From positions 1 to 64,000 of the forward strand of contig VJWM01000327.1 in the NCBI GenBank assembly GCA_010909165.1: a stretch of 64,000 bases of DNA, in the 5' to 3' direction. The first letter of the stretch is position 1; each line of letters starts with the position of its first letter. Positions 34,901 to 47,651 of this stretch are shown in pieces. The translations under genes and the position numbers were made by a program. Under the pieces are notes generated by a model that saw nothing but the letters and a program-made list of their open reading frames with translations, was not told the DNA's origin and did not search any database. The stretch comes from Anthoceros angustus (taxonomy: Eukaryota; Plantae; Anthocerotophyta).

Positions 34901-37019
34901 AAAAGTTTCGATAACATCCTCGTCAGAATCTTGACCTTTTGACTAAATGCTCACTCGTAATTCTTCATGTCCACTTTGTAATTTTTGAAAGCCGCTTCTT
35001 CATACCGCAAATAAAAGCGAGCTTAATACATCAAAACCAAAGATACAATGAACAAAACAACCAAAACATACGAACAAAAGGTCCTCAATCTGAACGAGAA
35101 GTCCTCGATGAGTGTTATGTAACTCTTCACCACCTCGAACTCCAAACCTGGTCATGCAAAAATATGCACACCTGCAAACAATAGAGGCATAAGGCCTCCA
35201 GGTTTAAAACCATAAATGAACAATCAAGGTGCACCCCTAAACCAACAATATTACCTTTTTTGAGCCCCCCGCCCAAATGAGCATTGATGATCTCTGTGTG
35301 AAAGAATCCGTTGCTCATCATCATCAGAAATCAACTTCACCTCTTTTCGACATGACACAATCCCAAGGTCCTTGCTGATTTTCATGGACGCAACCAGCGC
35401 TGCCTGGGACCCATGGAAAATTCCATGAAACATGTTGATCATGAACATCGAACCAAGCCGGCTTTGGTTCAAGATGCACTTCCTTGTTAAAATTCGGTTA
35501 AAACCACGAAAAGAAAGACATCAACCGCATAAGCAAGAAGATCAAAATCACCATGTGAAAGGAAAAACTATCAAAATCAACAAGTAAGAAAACATCACTA
35601 CTTACGCTTCGGAGAAAATCTCCGTTGTCCTTCGATTCGAACTTGATGGAAAAAGGATATCGAATAAGATTTAGATCCTTGTGAGGATATCCTCAACAGA
35701 GTATCCCATCCCCGACCCACTCACTTTCATAAAGGCCCGACGACTTGACACCGCTTATTCCGCTTTGGACCTATCCTCCCCACCACTCAAAGCATCATTC
35801 ACCTCCTCGGGACTAGGGTCAAATCGCCTCCGAAAATTGCTTCATCATCAATTTCCTCCATACCCATGGCAAAGTCATCTTGGGATCATCACACTTTAGC
35901 CTCTCAAACATATCAAGCACTTGATCGTGATGACCTGTGGTCGTGAACCACAACAGTATGGAAAACCGCCCACCAAAGCATTCTGCTCAACGGCAGCACA
36001 CAAATCTCTAGACTCAGACAGTTTTGGCAAAGACTCACAACCATGGGATCGCTTATCAAGAAATCATTCTCCCCACAAACCGGACCTCTCTATTAATCGA
36101 CATAGTTAGTAATCTCGCAAGAGGACCTTCAACCAAAGCCACAGTCGAGTGTCCACCCTTCCTCTTCTCGAACAAAACTCCGCACGTCGAGCATCCTTCT
36201 TGGATGAAAGTGCCTTGGCGGTTTGGAAGTCTTTGGGAACTAAATAAGTTCCTTCACTGCACCAAGACACCATCAACTTTACCATCATCCTCAGGGATGA
36301 GTTGCGTGCGAATCATGGATTTGACACGCCTTGTGTATATGGCTTAGCCATGACTTCGCCCAAGATCCTTGTTTTTCCCGCCAAGCCCAGGGGTTTTCTT
36401 TTAGGAGCCATCCGCAAAGCCAAAAAGAATTAGAGTGGACAAGGAACACAACCATCCTAAAGGAGAACTTCACAAACAAAAGACAAAATAAAAACACTTA
36501 CATGGTGTTCGAACTTCCAAAACGAACTCTCAAGGGTCTAATGATGATTATAAAACAATCCAAGACAAAGAGAGGGGTGTGGGGACATGGCAGAACATTC
36601 ATTGAATCTACACATTGTTAAATTTAGTGATCCTTTCCACTTTATGTTAGTGAGAGAAGAGCACTCCTTTCCCAAAAACACATACTGTAATTAGACCTAT
36701 TTGCCAAATAATAAGAAAAAAAAAAGTAGCCCCAGCATAAAACAAAAGACTACGTATAACGCATAACATTCAATCGTGACTAATCAAGCAAGAAGAGGTT
36801 ATCCCGACGCATGACTGTAATAACGCTTGGCCAACCTTCACACGATGAATGAAGCCTACACACAAAATTTCAGAATTAAATAACTTATAAGTGGTACCAA
36901 AGCAAACTCTTACCACGAAGACAAACAATGAAAAATGACAAAGACCATCGGTCAATACATACAAGAATCATACCATATCAAGGATAATATAAAACAAAAC
37001 TTCAACCTCGCACAAAGCT

Positions 37020-37790
37020 TGTCCAAGAAAGCTTGTCCGCACCAAGCGAAACCAATAAGAAAGAAGAAGCACGCTTTGCGACAAAACAAACAAACGAGGT
37101 AATTATAATGCACAAAAGAAAAAAGTAAACCACAGGTAACACGTCAGTTTGACACTAACCAACACTCTTACATTAAAAATCTTATGCAATTACTCTGCTC
37201 ATAAGAATACAAAACAATTAAAAATGCTGCTCAACATAAAGAACAATGCAAGATAAAACAAGATAATAGCATTTTTCAACAAGAATATGCAAAGCGAGTA
37301 ACAAATGACACAAAAGACGCTTCGACGTACCAAACAAGGTCCCAAATGTCCGCCACTACATCTCAAACCTTGACCAAAAAAGCGGAGAGAGTAAGATCAC
37401 ACGAGCAAGGCAACCCTCCGAGAAAGAACAAAGGCAAGCTTTGCAGATCGACAAAACAAACAAACGATATAACATGAGACACATGAGACAAATGTAATAC
37501 AATGTAATCATACTTGAAAGGTCAAGTAACCAACCTCTTACGTCCAACAACCTCTTGCACATTACTGCTTCAAAAAGGAATAGAAGACAATAAGAACAAA
37601 ATATCTTTCAACATTATGAAAACAATGCAAAGCTATCAAGAGAAGATAACATATTTCCAATAAACATATGTAAACGCAGATTTTGACAAAAGACATTTGA
37701 TGACTTACCAAAGTGGTCCCGATCTATGACCGCCACTTCAAACGAAAACTTGATCGCATCAAAACACAGGAGAGGGTTACAACACACGAG
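37020..37790. repeat. Diverged ~370-bp tandem duplication
   Basis: ACAAAACAAACAAACGA at 37081 and 37451; AACAATGCAA...ACAAAAGAC...TACCAA at ~37242-37332 and ~37621-37711. Confidence 0.65.
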
Positions 37791-38554
37791 CAAAGCGAAG
37801 TCCGAGAACAAAAGACTTGCAGTTGCATAGCCGCTTTAACGACACATTTTAAACCAGAACAAAACTACACGAAGACACGAGAATCAAAACCTAAATAACA
37901 AAATCGATCGTAACGCGATAGAGACAAGAAGACGCAAGACAAAGAAATGATACCAAGCCATGGAACCACAACGACAACAAGGATAAAGGGACACTTCCAA
38001 CAAACAAACAACAAGCAACGAGATTTTGAAGAGAAAGAACACAAGTATCACACATGCAACAGATGAACAAAAGTAAGCCTAGCTACAACCATGTAGCTCA
38101 AAAAGCTCCAAGTCAAGACAACACGGCTGGTCGCTTACATGAAAAAAGGAAGTAACACCATCGACTGAATAAGAACAAGATCAAGAATTAAATGAACTAC
38201 AAAGAACGAGAATCAAATAGAAAACAAAAGAGCACTAGGGACATACAAATATAACATCTTAGTGTGTCTTTCCTAAGAAAGATAAACAATCACGCAGTGC
38301 AAAGAACAACATCAACAATGGACAAATACACAAAACATCCTACGATATATAGAAACTTGAATACACTACCACCATAGGTAGACAAAACACCAAACCCGAA
38401 CAGACTAGAAAACAAAAGAATGAAATGCACTAAAGCGCCAAATACACTACTCCGAGCAACGAAGCAACAACAAACCAAAACAACAAGACACAAAACAACA
38501 GACGCCAAGGAATGAAAACAACGTGAATGCGATGGACAGCGACTTCAAATGGGA

Positions 38555-38975
38555 GCAAAAGGCCTTAACCTTAAGCGATCAGAAACCTTGGCCTTGTCAA
38601 ACAACCTTGGCCTCGGACTAAGCAAGCACATGGACCTTAGAGGCAAAGACACCTTCGAACATGGGAACCCCTTGGCCTTCAAAAGAACCTTCAAAAGAGC
38701 AGAAACCTTGGCCTTCAAACAAACTTTACAGAGACCTTGGCGAACCATCGAGAAAGGCCTTAACCATTGGAAAGGGCCCGAAAGAAACCTTGGCCCAAAA
38801 CTTGACCTTAGCCTAGCGAACCTAGAACACCTTGGCCTTCAATGAGCTACAACCAGCCTTCTGAGGTAACCAAAGACGCTGGCTAAACTAGAACTAGACC
38901 CTTCCCCAAACAGAGAAGGAAGACCTTGGCCTAAAAACTAAACACGAGCAAAACACCTAAGCCTTGGCCAGAGAC
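38555..38975. repeat. Irregular array of the short motif (A)ACCTTGGCC
   Basis: About 9-10 copies of CCTTGGC at irregular spacing, downstream of the minus-strand TATA-like box. Confidence 0.75.
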
Positions 38976-39640
38976 TAGACCACCTGACTTGAAAAGATGT
39001 AATGACAAAAGAACTCGCTCGAGGGAAGCCATTTATATAGGCCAGCAAAACCCTAAATATTCTCACCGGCCGCTCTTTCTCTTCTACCAAGCGGTTTGAA
39101 TTTACCGAACCTAACATTCCGAGCCCAATTCCAAACCAACGTAGGTTTGCCATTCACGCTACTGCTCAACCAAACCTAGATTCAATTTTCCAAACCTAGC
39201 CTAACGCACCAAACCTAATCTCCGAACCCCGATGCAGAGGCAACTGTTACCGCCAACCACATCGCCACGCACCATCGAACCATCTAGAACCTAACTTTCG
39301 TATTAAACAAGATGCACATAGGGTTATCACTCACACACGCCGCCAGTCGCCGCGGGTCACGTCGGCGGTCCGCAGACATCGCTGGCCACCAGTGACCTTG
39401 CTCGCCACGGTGTCCTGAGAAGGTCCGCGCAATCGGCTCTTCCTTTCATCTAGGTAACGCCCACTACATGCGCCGATGCACTTCTTCTTCGCCGCTTAGT
39501 TCCGGATCTAGGTGGGTATGCAATTGCGCTCGATTCTCGAAACCATCCGATCACGCCCTTGCAGCCCACACCGGTCCCATCTCCCCGCCACCGCCAACAC
39601 GACATCAAGAAGTCTCGATCAAGGCCCTCCGTGGTACGAG

Positions 39641-39987
39641 GTCAAGCACACACGCTCTTCTTTGTTTTTCGCTGCAATTGCCAACGCCACGCCGCTGGCT
39701 TGCCCGCCTCCCGGTAGCCGTAATCGCCATCGTGAGTTCCGCTTCCGCCTTGCCTGATTTAATTGTCAAGTCTCAGACATAGCGCACAAAACCTCGAAGG
39801 CCCCTCCGTAGGCGTTGTCAAGCACACTTACGCCGTGTCTTCTCTTTTGTTTTTCGTTGCAGCCCACTGCCAACGCCCACCGTCGCTGGCTTTGCTTCCG
39901 CCCGCCCGATAGCCGTAATCGCTCGTGAGTTTGCTGCTTAACGCTTTTGCTTATGATTTATTGCGTCGAGACATATCGCACAAAACC
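39641..39987 (+). repeat. Tandem duplication of a ~175-bp mini-exon/intron-like unit
   Basis: GTCAAGCACAC...TTTGTTTTTCG(C/T)TGCA...TAGCCGTAATCGC...CGTGAGTT...CGCACAAAACC at 39641-39792 and 39817-39987. Confidence 0.75.
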
Positions 39988-42254
39988 ACTCGGCTGTGGT
40001 AATCGTGTGTCTACTCGCACCGTATCTTTGTTTGTTTTTTCGTCATATGAGTGCTCGCATCCCGCACGCACAGTAAGTCATCTTTTGCTTTTGAAGCTTG
40101 TATCCGATGCGTTATGCATGCCCGCTTGTCGCGGCATGGTAGTTGCTGGAGTATGCATGCGCTTTCGCACAAAGAAAGAGTCACCCACGTGCTGCAACGC
40201 CGATCAAGATGCTTGATGAAACGCTCACCTGCTCTACTTTTGCCTTTTCACTAGCCGCGTATGTTCCGCGTTTCCTGTTGTCACCACAACATGCGTAGTC
40301 AACGCAGTAGATGCAAACAGCATGCCGCAATACGCGCACGTGAGTGTTGCCGCACGCATGTGTTACATGTTATGCACTTTGTAAACTCACGCCTCCTCCT
40401 CCGTATTTGAGTGCAGCGGTCACCGCAAGAACGCACGTGTCGGGCAGAATTCATGCCAGCGTTCCGAGGGGCATGCCGTAAACTATTGCATGTTTGACGC
40501 AAAGGTAAGCATCGCACTATGAGTCTTTAGCCGATTGCCATCCTCCGAAACATGCAATCTTGTGTGTGCGCTTGAGAACATCCGATGCCACAAACGGATT
40601 GTGCAATTTTTAACACATTTTGATGCGGATCGCGAACAATTGGTCGGAAGCACCCGGAACGCGGACGTCCTGCCCCTTGCTCAACTTGTCGCTTTATGCG
40701 GCGCCTTTGTTCACCGATTTGACTAGCTTCCACTATGATAAGTGTTCGATGGCTTTTGAATCGGGATGGAATCGAGAAGCAAGCAACGATTTTCAAATCC
40801 AAGAAGGTACTTGATTGTTATTCGATTATACGCTTCTTACTTTGCTTTTACTTTTACTAATATTTATGTGTCAACCCCCGCAGACAAGAACCATGACGCC
40901 ACCGTGAGCGCCACTCGACAAATTACTTCCCACCCATGGGGATCCAGATATGACGCTAACGCAGAGTTTGAACCACCACTGGAGATAAGAAAGATCGTAG
41001 AAAAAGGTATTCGTGAAAATGATTGCGTTAGTCCTGTATGTTCTCGTTGGTCGAGTCTAACAAAACCCGTGGGTTGTCCTCATGAGCACACAATGTTCGT
41101 CATGGACAAACAAGACCTTAAGCATCTTTGTAGATGCCCGCTTGAATAAGATAAAGAAGGTAAGCACTTTTTTAATTCATAAACTTGATCTAAGTATGCT
41201 CAAATCCAAAATCTTAACCCTAAATTTATCTCGCATAGGATAAAAAGAACCTTCAACAACAAATCAATTGAGCCGGAAACGATACACTTGTGGAAAGGTT
41301 TAATGGACACCGATTTCAATGCAAACAATGTTGGAGGGATATCAAAGTTCAATCCAGGCAGTAATGGAGGTAATCTGAAATTACATTCATACCTTCTTTG
41401 CTTCTTCACATTTACCTTCTTATAACTTGGCACACGTAACGGAAAACAAGTAAAAACATAAAGGACAAAGTCGATAAGATTGACAACAACATTGACAACG
41501 CAGCCATCTCCAATCAGGTATACAAAATGTATAATGTATATAATTTGGATTAATATGATTTTGGTTTAAGAAAGTAATGATTTTGGTTTTGATCGTGCAA
41601 AAAGAGAAAAATTGATGACTTCAAGGAGGATGGACCAACTTACAGTCACTTGAGTTCACCGAGTTTGGAAAGTGGATGAGCAATTTTCAATATCCACCAC
41701 TTTTCAAGACTTTAAAATAAGTAAGTCGTAATTTGGGAGCATAGTCTAAAAGAGCACACCCATCTTGAATGAAGATGGGTCCAACCCAACATTCGAAAGC
41801 AGATGATCCAAGCAAGTAAGTCGCGATAACTTCTTTCTTCTATTATTTTCATTACATATAATTCTATGTAATGTAATTCGTATGCATTGAATGCGTAGAT
41901 AGGGGCAGCAATTGAAAATAAGGAGTTGAAAACGATGACTTGTTGTCTCTCATGGAAGAACCGAGACAACGAAAAATATTCAAAAGGTACATCGCTTTGA
42001 AAGGTAATATCTGCATTCCAAGAAAAATTCTAATGTTTCTTCTCGTAACATACGATCACATTTTCCGCAGTGGGGAATCTTCACAAAGACGTGTTTAACG
42101 CTTGTCGAAAAGGTATATGCAAAGAAAGATCTTCTCCGAATTGAAATGGAGGTAAATGACTAATTACTTTTACTTTTTGTTTGTAGTTATCAAAGAATCA
42201 AAACGAGTTGTTTTCACTCTTTGAGGTGAGTACTAAAGGTGAGTACTAAAGGTC

Positions 42255-42317
42255 GGGGTGCACGGCCTAGAACGGTCTCGGCCTCACGGCCTCGACCGTT
42301 CTCGGCCGTGACGCCCC
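42255..42317. other. GC-rich hairpin (~23-bp stem), candidate Helitron-like 3' terminal structure
   Basis: GGGGTGCACGGCCTAGAACGGTC pairs with GACCGTTCTCGGCCGTGACGCCCC. It is followed by CTAA|T (42334-42338) and GTAG|T, and preceded by a 13-bp tandem duplication AGGTGAGTACTAA. Confidence 0.55.
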
Positions 42318-42772
42318 TCCGCGCGTCCGTTCCCTAATACGTAGTATGCATTCAAATCAAATTCAGGCATTTTCCATGAAGAGTCAAAAACGGGAATTAT
42401 ACCGGTCAACCGGACAGAGCCCCTACTGTCTACAAGTCCTGGCTACCCAAAGGGTCATCTACTTCAACCAAATTGAGCTCCGAATCTAGCACCGCTTTCT
42501 ACATTTTCCAAATCCCGCCTGTCACCAAAGTCATCACCTTCAACTCAAAATGTAAAACGCTTGAGCCTCCGTTGTCTGCGTGGTAGTGTGCCGCTTTCAT
42601 CCCATATTGTCAATGCCTTGGTCTTCAACCGGCCGTCCCGGGTCTCATGGAGTCCTTCATTCTCGACCTTCTTTCCAAGCAAGCTATACACTTGCATTTT
42701 CCTGCCAATGCCTCCTCGCATGCATCTCCTTTGCCCAAAACTTGCTGTGGCCTCGCGAAAACTTATCCGTTG

Positions 42773-44590
42773 TTATTTCTTCGAACTCGTCACCGCCTCC
42801 AACCTGCTCACTGCTAGACATATACATTGAGCATCGGCCTTGTCAATGGCCACAACGCTCCTTTTCCGCTGAATCCCGCCACCAAAATGATCGATCCTGA
42901 CAAAGCGCCAACAATCCTCGTTGGAGAACATGTTCACCAACATGCCTAATAAGCCCATGTGTTTCGATATGGCGATATACGATCTTATCACCAGTGGTAA
43001 ATCGCCTTCTTCACCAAGGCCCATGCCTGGATAACTCTTGGGAGCACTGCTTGATGTCTTTGCCGGCAAAAAGAGGAGCTTTTCCGACATTGACTCGCCT
43101 TCACCGCGGCTCCCAATCAAATATTCCACTGCTTCAACAAAGACCACTGCTCGTGGGATGTTGGTTTTCTCCCATACCTGTGGTTTGTATGACTCCTTTC
43201 CTACACCAGACCTCAAAGCCTCCCCGGCTTGAATCACCCCATCCACCCCATGCATAAGAATTATCCTAACACATCGCCGTGGTCTTCTCGTTGAAAGAGC
43301 TGATGATCTCTTCAATTCTTCTTCAACGAAAGCCTTGTCATTCTCATGCATGTAAACCTCGAGGGAGGTCGCAGAAAAGAAGAGTATACCTCCTCGGTGG
43401 CAAAAATCCTTTCATATCCAAAATGTCTCGATGCACCACCGATATGCCACTTTGTCCAAGACCTGTGCACTCAAACCGCCGCCACCGCATCCATGTCCTT
43501 GTCGGCCATTTGTTTTCGCTCTTCTTCCATCCGCTTCCGCCATGCGCTATAAACAAAATCTTGGAAAGGTTTTGGCAGCTTTCCAAATCCTCAATGTCTC
43601 CTCGCAAGCAGCGGTGGTCGGCGAACTCATTGAGAGTGGAGGCGCGGTCACCGGCGCAGTGGTGTGGCTCGCCGCCACAATGAACCGCCAAATGCGTGGA
43701 GGCCGCAGCCGCTGGCCCGCGCAGCTGGGTCACCGGGCGCTTAGTGCCGGCCAGCGCGCTGGGCCGCCGCGCGGGCGCAGGCGACTCGCGCTGCGCCTCA
43801 CGCAACAGAGGCGCGGCCACCGCGATTGCAGGCGCGTGACCGCGACTCAACGAATACACTCACTTACCACTTCGCAAAAGTCGCTTGAAACTTCGCCAAT
43901 TCCTTGGCCTCGATGTTGGGAAGCTTTGGCGACTTCATAAGGTCGACACTTCATAGCCTTCGAAAGGCATGCTCGATAAGGTTAATCTTCTTCCTGCCAA
44001 CATCGTATCCATATCTTTTAGCTGCAGCTTCCTTGGATGACCTTGGGTCACTATCAACATCTCTCACCTTCTCGCCCTTCGGGACTCCTTGGAATGCTCC
44101 ATGCCCTTCCGAGCATTGGAGCCGGACGAGGGGGCCGATTAGGGACCCGGGCTGCTGTAGTTGGGTCTTGTGGCTTCCGCTTTCGCCGCTGCCGCCCCGA
44201 TCGGCTGCTCTCGCCGCCTGGGAGTTCGCACTTCTCCCACATCCGGAAAATGGTGTCCACGTTCTCCCACAATTTACCCTCGCACTCGCAATCCTCAACG
44301 CAGTCTTCCTCCACCATCTTCAGACATAATCGGTGTCCTTGAGTTTCCAGCCTCCTCCAAAGATCCCCAAAGAACTTGTACACATTGAACTTCCACCGCA
44401 CGAGGTTTTCCATCGGGTGTGTCCGGCCAAATCTCAAGCTCATCATGTATGTAGCGACTTGTTCAATAAAACCAAGCTTCTTCCTCTTGTCATACACATT
44501 GTGATCAACCGCCAAAGACCCGCATTTCTTCCTCTCAAGCTGCATACATGGCCTCGAGCCATTGAAATTTATCTTCCGCGGATACATTTT
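42773..44590 (-). pseudogene. Frameshifted gene with a C-terminal beta-class amino-DNA-methyltransferase-like (N6_N4_Mtase) domain
   Basis: Motif order IV to I: VVHRDILDMKGFLP..YTLLFCDLPRG; VWEKTN...AVEYLI; KHMGLLGMLVNMFSNEDCW; stitched LC(A)GS(G)SFLVAG; KRSVVAID. Confidence 0.62.
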
Positions 44591-44600
44591 GGTGGTCTGT

Positions 44601-44856
44601 CCTACTAGAAATGGCGCCTATGTTACACTTATGTTAAGATTTGGACCCTCGGATGTAACACTTATGTTGCAATTTTGGGGTCATGTAACACTTTTTGGGC
44701 CTCTTGTTACACTTTGGCTTGGAAACCAAACTGAGTTTGTTGCAACCATGTTGCAATGGTGTTGCAATTATGTTGAGATGAAGTGAGAGGTGCTTTTGTC
44801 CTCTCAAGATTGCAATATATAAAGTGTTACAAGAAAAGTCTTGTAACACTTTTGGA
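44601..44856 (+). mobile_element. CACTA-like terminal fragment with subterminal repeats (second identical copy at 47880-48135)
   Basis: Begins CCTACTAGAAA, one base short of CACTACTAGAAA. Multiple TGTWACACT repeats and a perfect 14-bp hairpin AAAGTGTTACAAGA/TCTTGTAACACTTT (44821-44852). Confidence 0.45.
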
Positions 44857-44892
44857 GGCTTGGTACCAAACCTCCTCCCCATCTACCTTCCT

Positions 44893-47651
44893 CCTTTTAC
44901 TACCTCCTCGTGTCGCAAGTCCGCAACATTGGGAACCTTTACCAAGATTCATCCTCCGCTGAGGATGAGTCGCCTCCTCCGAGGTTGATGTGCCGCCTCC
45001 CCAACACCGCCTGCCCATCTTCTTTCTCCCTTTGAGCATGCTGGGCCTCTCGCTAGATTCGCACCTCGCTCCGTCCTCATGCATCCTCCCTACTTATATA
45101 CTCCACAAACCGCCCGACCATTACACCCATCCACAACCGAACTGGTCCATTCCTACTCCTACCTACTAACTCAGTGAAATTAACAACAATACCATATTCC
45201 CAAGAACGCGCAAAATGTGGCGCGACTTTCGATGGCCACAAGACAATCCTGGTCGCTAGGAAGGAGTCCGCTCAAGGGAATGGTCTCGGCTTATTCTCGC
45301 TCGAGTTTCTGTACCATCGCCGAACGGACTTCATCAGGTCCGGGTCCCACAACCCTAAGGGTGTGCCCTCCACAACTCGCTGACTGCAGTAGCCAACGGA
45401 CCTTCCCACAAACCCCGCCGGATTTCTCCAAGACCACCGAACAGTTTAGCGACGCTCCTCCATCACCACGACTCAGCGCCCCCCGCCTCAACTCGTCCGC
45501 CACAACTCCACCTCAACACACACGCCTGCAACGCCACCCTCCTCTCTTATCCATCACCAAATAGTAGTCACAACACCAACACGCCGATGTATTCACACCA
45601 GCCGCCTTTTGCCCCTTCCTACCGCTTCACGCTCATGGAGAAGTAGCTTTGCTGCAACCCCACAGCTCCGAGCCTCCAAGGATGGCTTCCGCAGTCACCC
45701 CAAGCGCCTCCCTCCTCCACCGCTTCACGCTCAGAGAAGTGGCTTCACACGCATCCCACACCTCCGCTCCAAGCCTCCAAGGATGGCTTCCGCCCGCAGG
45801 TCACCCCCAAGCGCCCTAATCCTCCACCGCCCACGCTCATGACTCTGCACTGCATCCCCACATTGCTCCAAAGAAGGTTAGTCTCGACCCGAGAAATCAC
45901 CCGCGAAAGCACCTCCCGAGCTCAGTCCGTCCCCCGTCCGCACTCCATCAAGCGTGCTGGCGGAGCTCGTCACCGAGCTCTAAACACATCCTCTACCACC
46001 AATTAATCCTCGCACGGACGCAGAACTCACTCCGCCTCGAGCACTAAAGGCAAGAGCACACGGAGCCAAGATGGTACCCGGATAGTCTGCCTTGGACGCC
46101 AGCCTTCCTATATACTCCCATACCCTAACCTAACCCGCCTATGTATGTATCCTAACCGCCATGTATGTACCTAACCCCTGGTCGTGGTAACCGCCGGACG
46201 TAGCTCATCATCGCTACGGACTTCTGCACCACCGCCCCGCCAAACAAGATCCATGCCAGCGATGCCCACCAAACTAAACCACCCGCCCCACCACTCTGAC
46301 CCCCGACCTCACCCACCCGACCTCCGGCGACCGACGACCCACCCGGACCCCGCCCCGACGGACCACGGCCGGACCGCCCGGACGGACCACCGCGGACCGG
46401 ACCTCCACCGGACCGCCCTGACCTGACCAACTGGCTGACCGCTCACACCCACCCTGACCGCTCACGGACTCACCTCCAACGGACGAGGGTCTAGGGATTG
46501 CACCGTAAGTGCAATCAAATGGCCTTATTGGCTAACTCCTCCCTATCCCTCTTAACAAGAAAAAAAAAGCAAAACAAGCCGCCAAGAGTACCTGACATCG
46601 ATTTGGCACCCACATACTCCTTCTCATCCGCCGCCAACACCCTGCAATACTCTTCCCTCTGACTCTCCCTTCTCGCCTTTACTACCTCCTCGCAAGTCCC
46701 AAGCAACATTGGGAACCTTTTTACCAAGATTCATCCTCCGCTGAGGATGAGTCCCTCCTCCTCCGAGGTTGATGTGCCGCCCTCCCAACACCTGCCCATC
46801 TTCTTTCTCCCTTTGAGCATGGCCTCCCGCTAGATTCAAGACCCCTGCCTCCGGCCCTGCATCCTCCCTACTCATATACTCCACAAACCGCCCGACCATT
46901 ACACCCATCCACAACCGCAACTGGCAGTACCGTCCTACTCACTTCCTACTAACTCAGCAGCCCACAACAATACCATTCTCAAGAACGGCAAAATGTGGCG
47001 CGACCGGGATGGCCACCGGCCAAGACAATCCCGTGTCGCTAGGAAGGAGTCCGCTCCCAAGGGAATGGTCTCGTGCTTATTCTCGCCTCGAGCTCTACAA
47101 TCGCCTCGAACGGACTTCATCAGTTGGGTCGGCCCACAACCCTAAGGGTGTGCCCTCCACAACTCGTCGACTGCACGCGCCACCACCGGACCTTCCCACA
47201 AACCCCGCCTCAAGAACCGTGTTTAACGACGCTGCCTCACGCCTACGCATTTCCAGCCTCTCCTCAACTTCTCCGCCACAACTCCACCTCAACACAGAAC
47301 GACCCTCCTCTGTCCATCACCAAGAGTCACAACACCAACACGCTGATGTATTCACACCAGCCGCTTTGCCCTTCCGCCGCTTCACGCTCATGGAGAAGTA
47401 GCTGCACTGCAACCCCACGCCTGCTCCAAAGAGCCTCCAAGGATGGCTGCAGTCACCCCAAGCGCCCTAATCCCTCCCGACCGCTTCAATGCTCATGGAG
47501 AAGTGGTTTCACCGCATCCACAGCCTGCTCCAGCCTCCAAGGATGGCTTCCGCCCCAGCAGTCACCCCAAGCGCCTAATCCCACCGCTTCACGCTCAGGA
47601 GAAGTGGCTTGCACTGATCCCCACGCCTCCGCTCCAAGCAGCTCTCCAAGG
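44893..47651. repeat. 2.76-kb block apparently identical to 51922-54680 (part of the ~1.78-kb macrosatellite)
   Basis: All ORFs recur identically at a constant offset of 7029 bp. Confidence 0.95.

Larger units (their letters stand above)
33000..39040 (-). other. Degenerate multi-exon transcription unit of unknown identity, probably transposon cargo
   Basis: Repeated minus-strand GTAAG donors and T-rich acceptors separating GC-richer blocks; TATA-like CCTATATAAATG near 39030-39042. No intact ORF or recognisable domain. Confidence 0.35.

Noticed and set aside
46124-46136. Interstitial telomere
   Set aside because: Only a short CCCTAACCTAACCC motif within each macrosatellite unit, not a tandem telomeric array.
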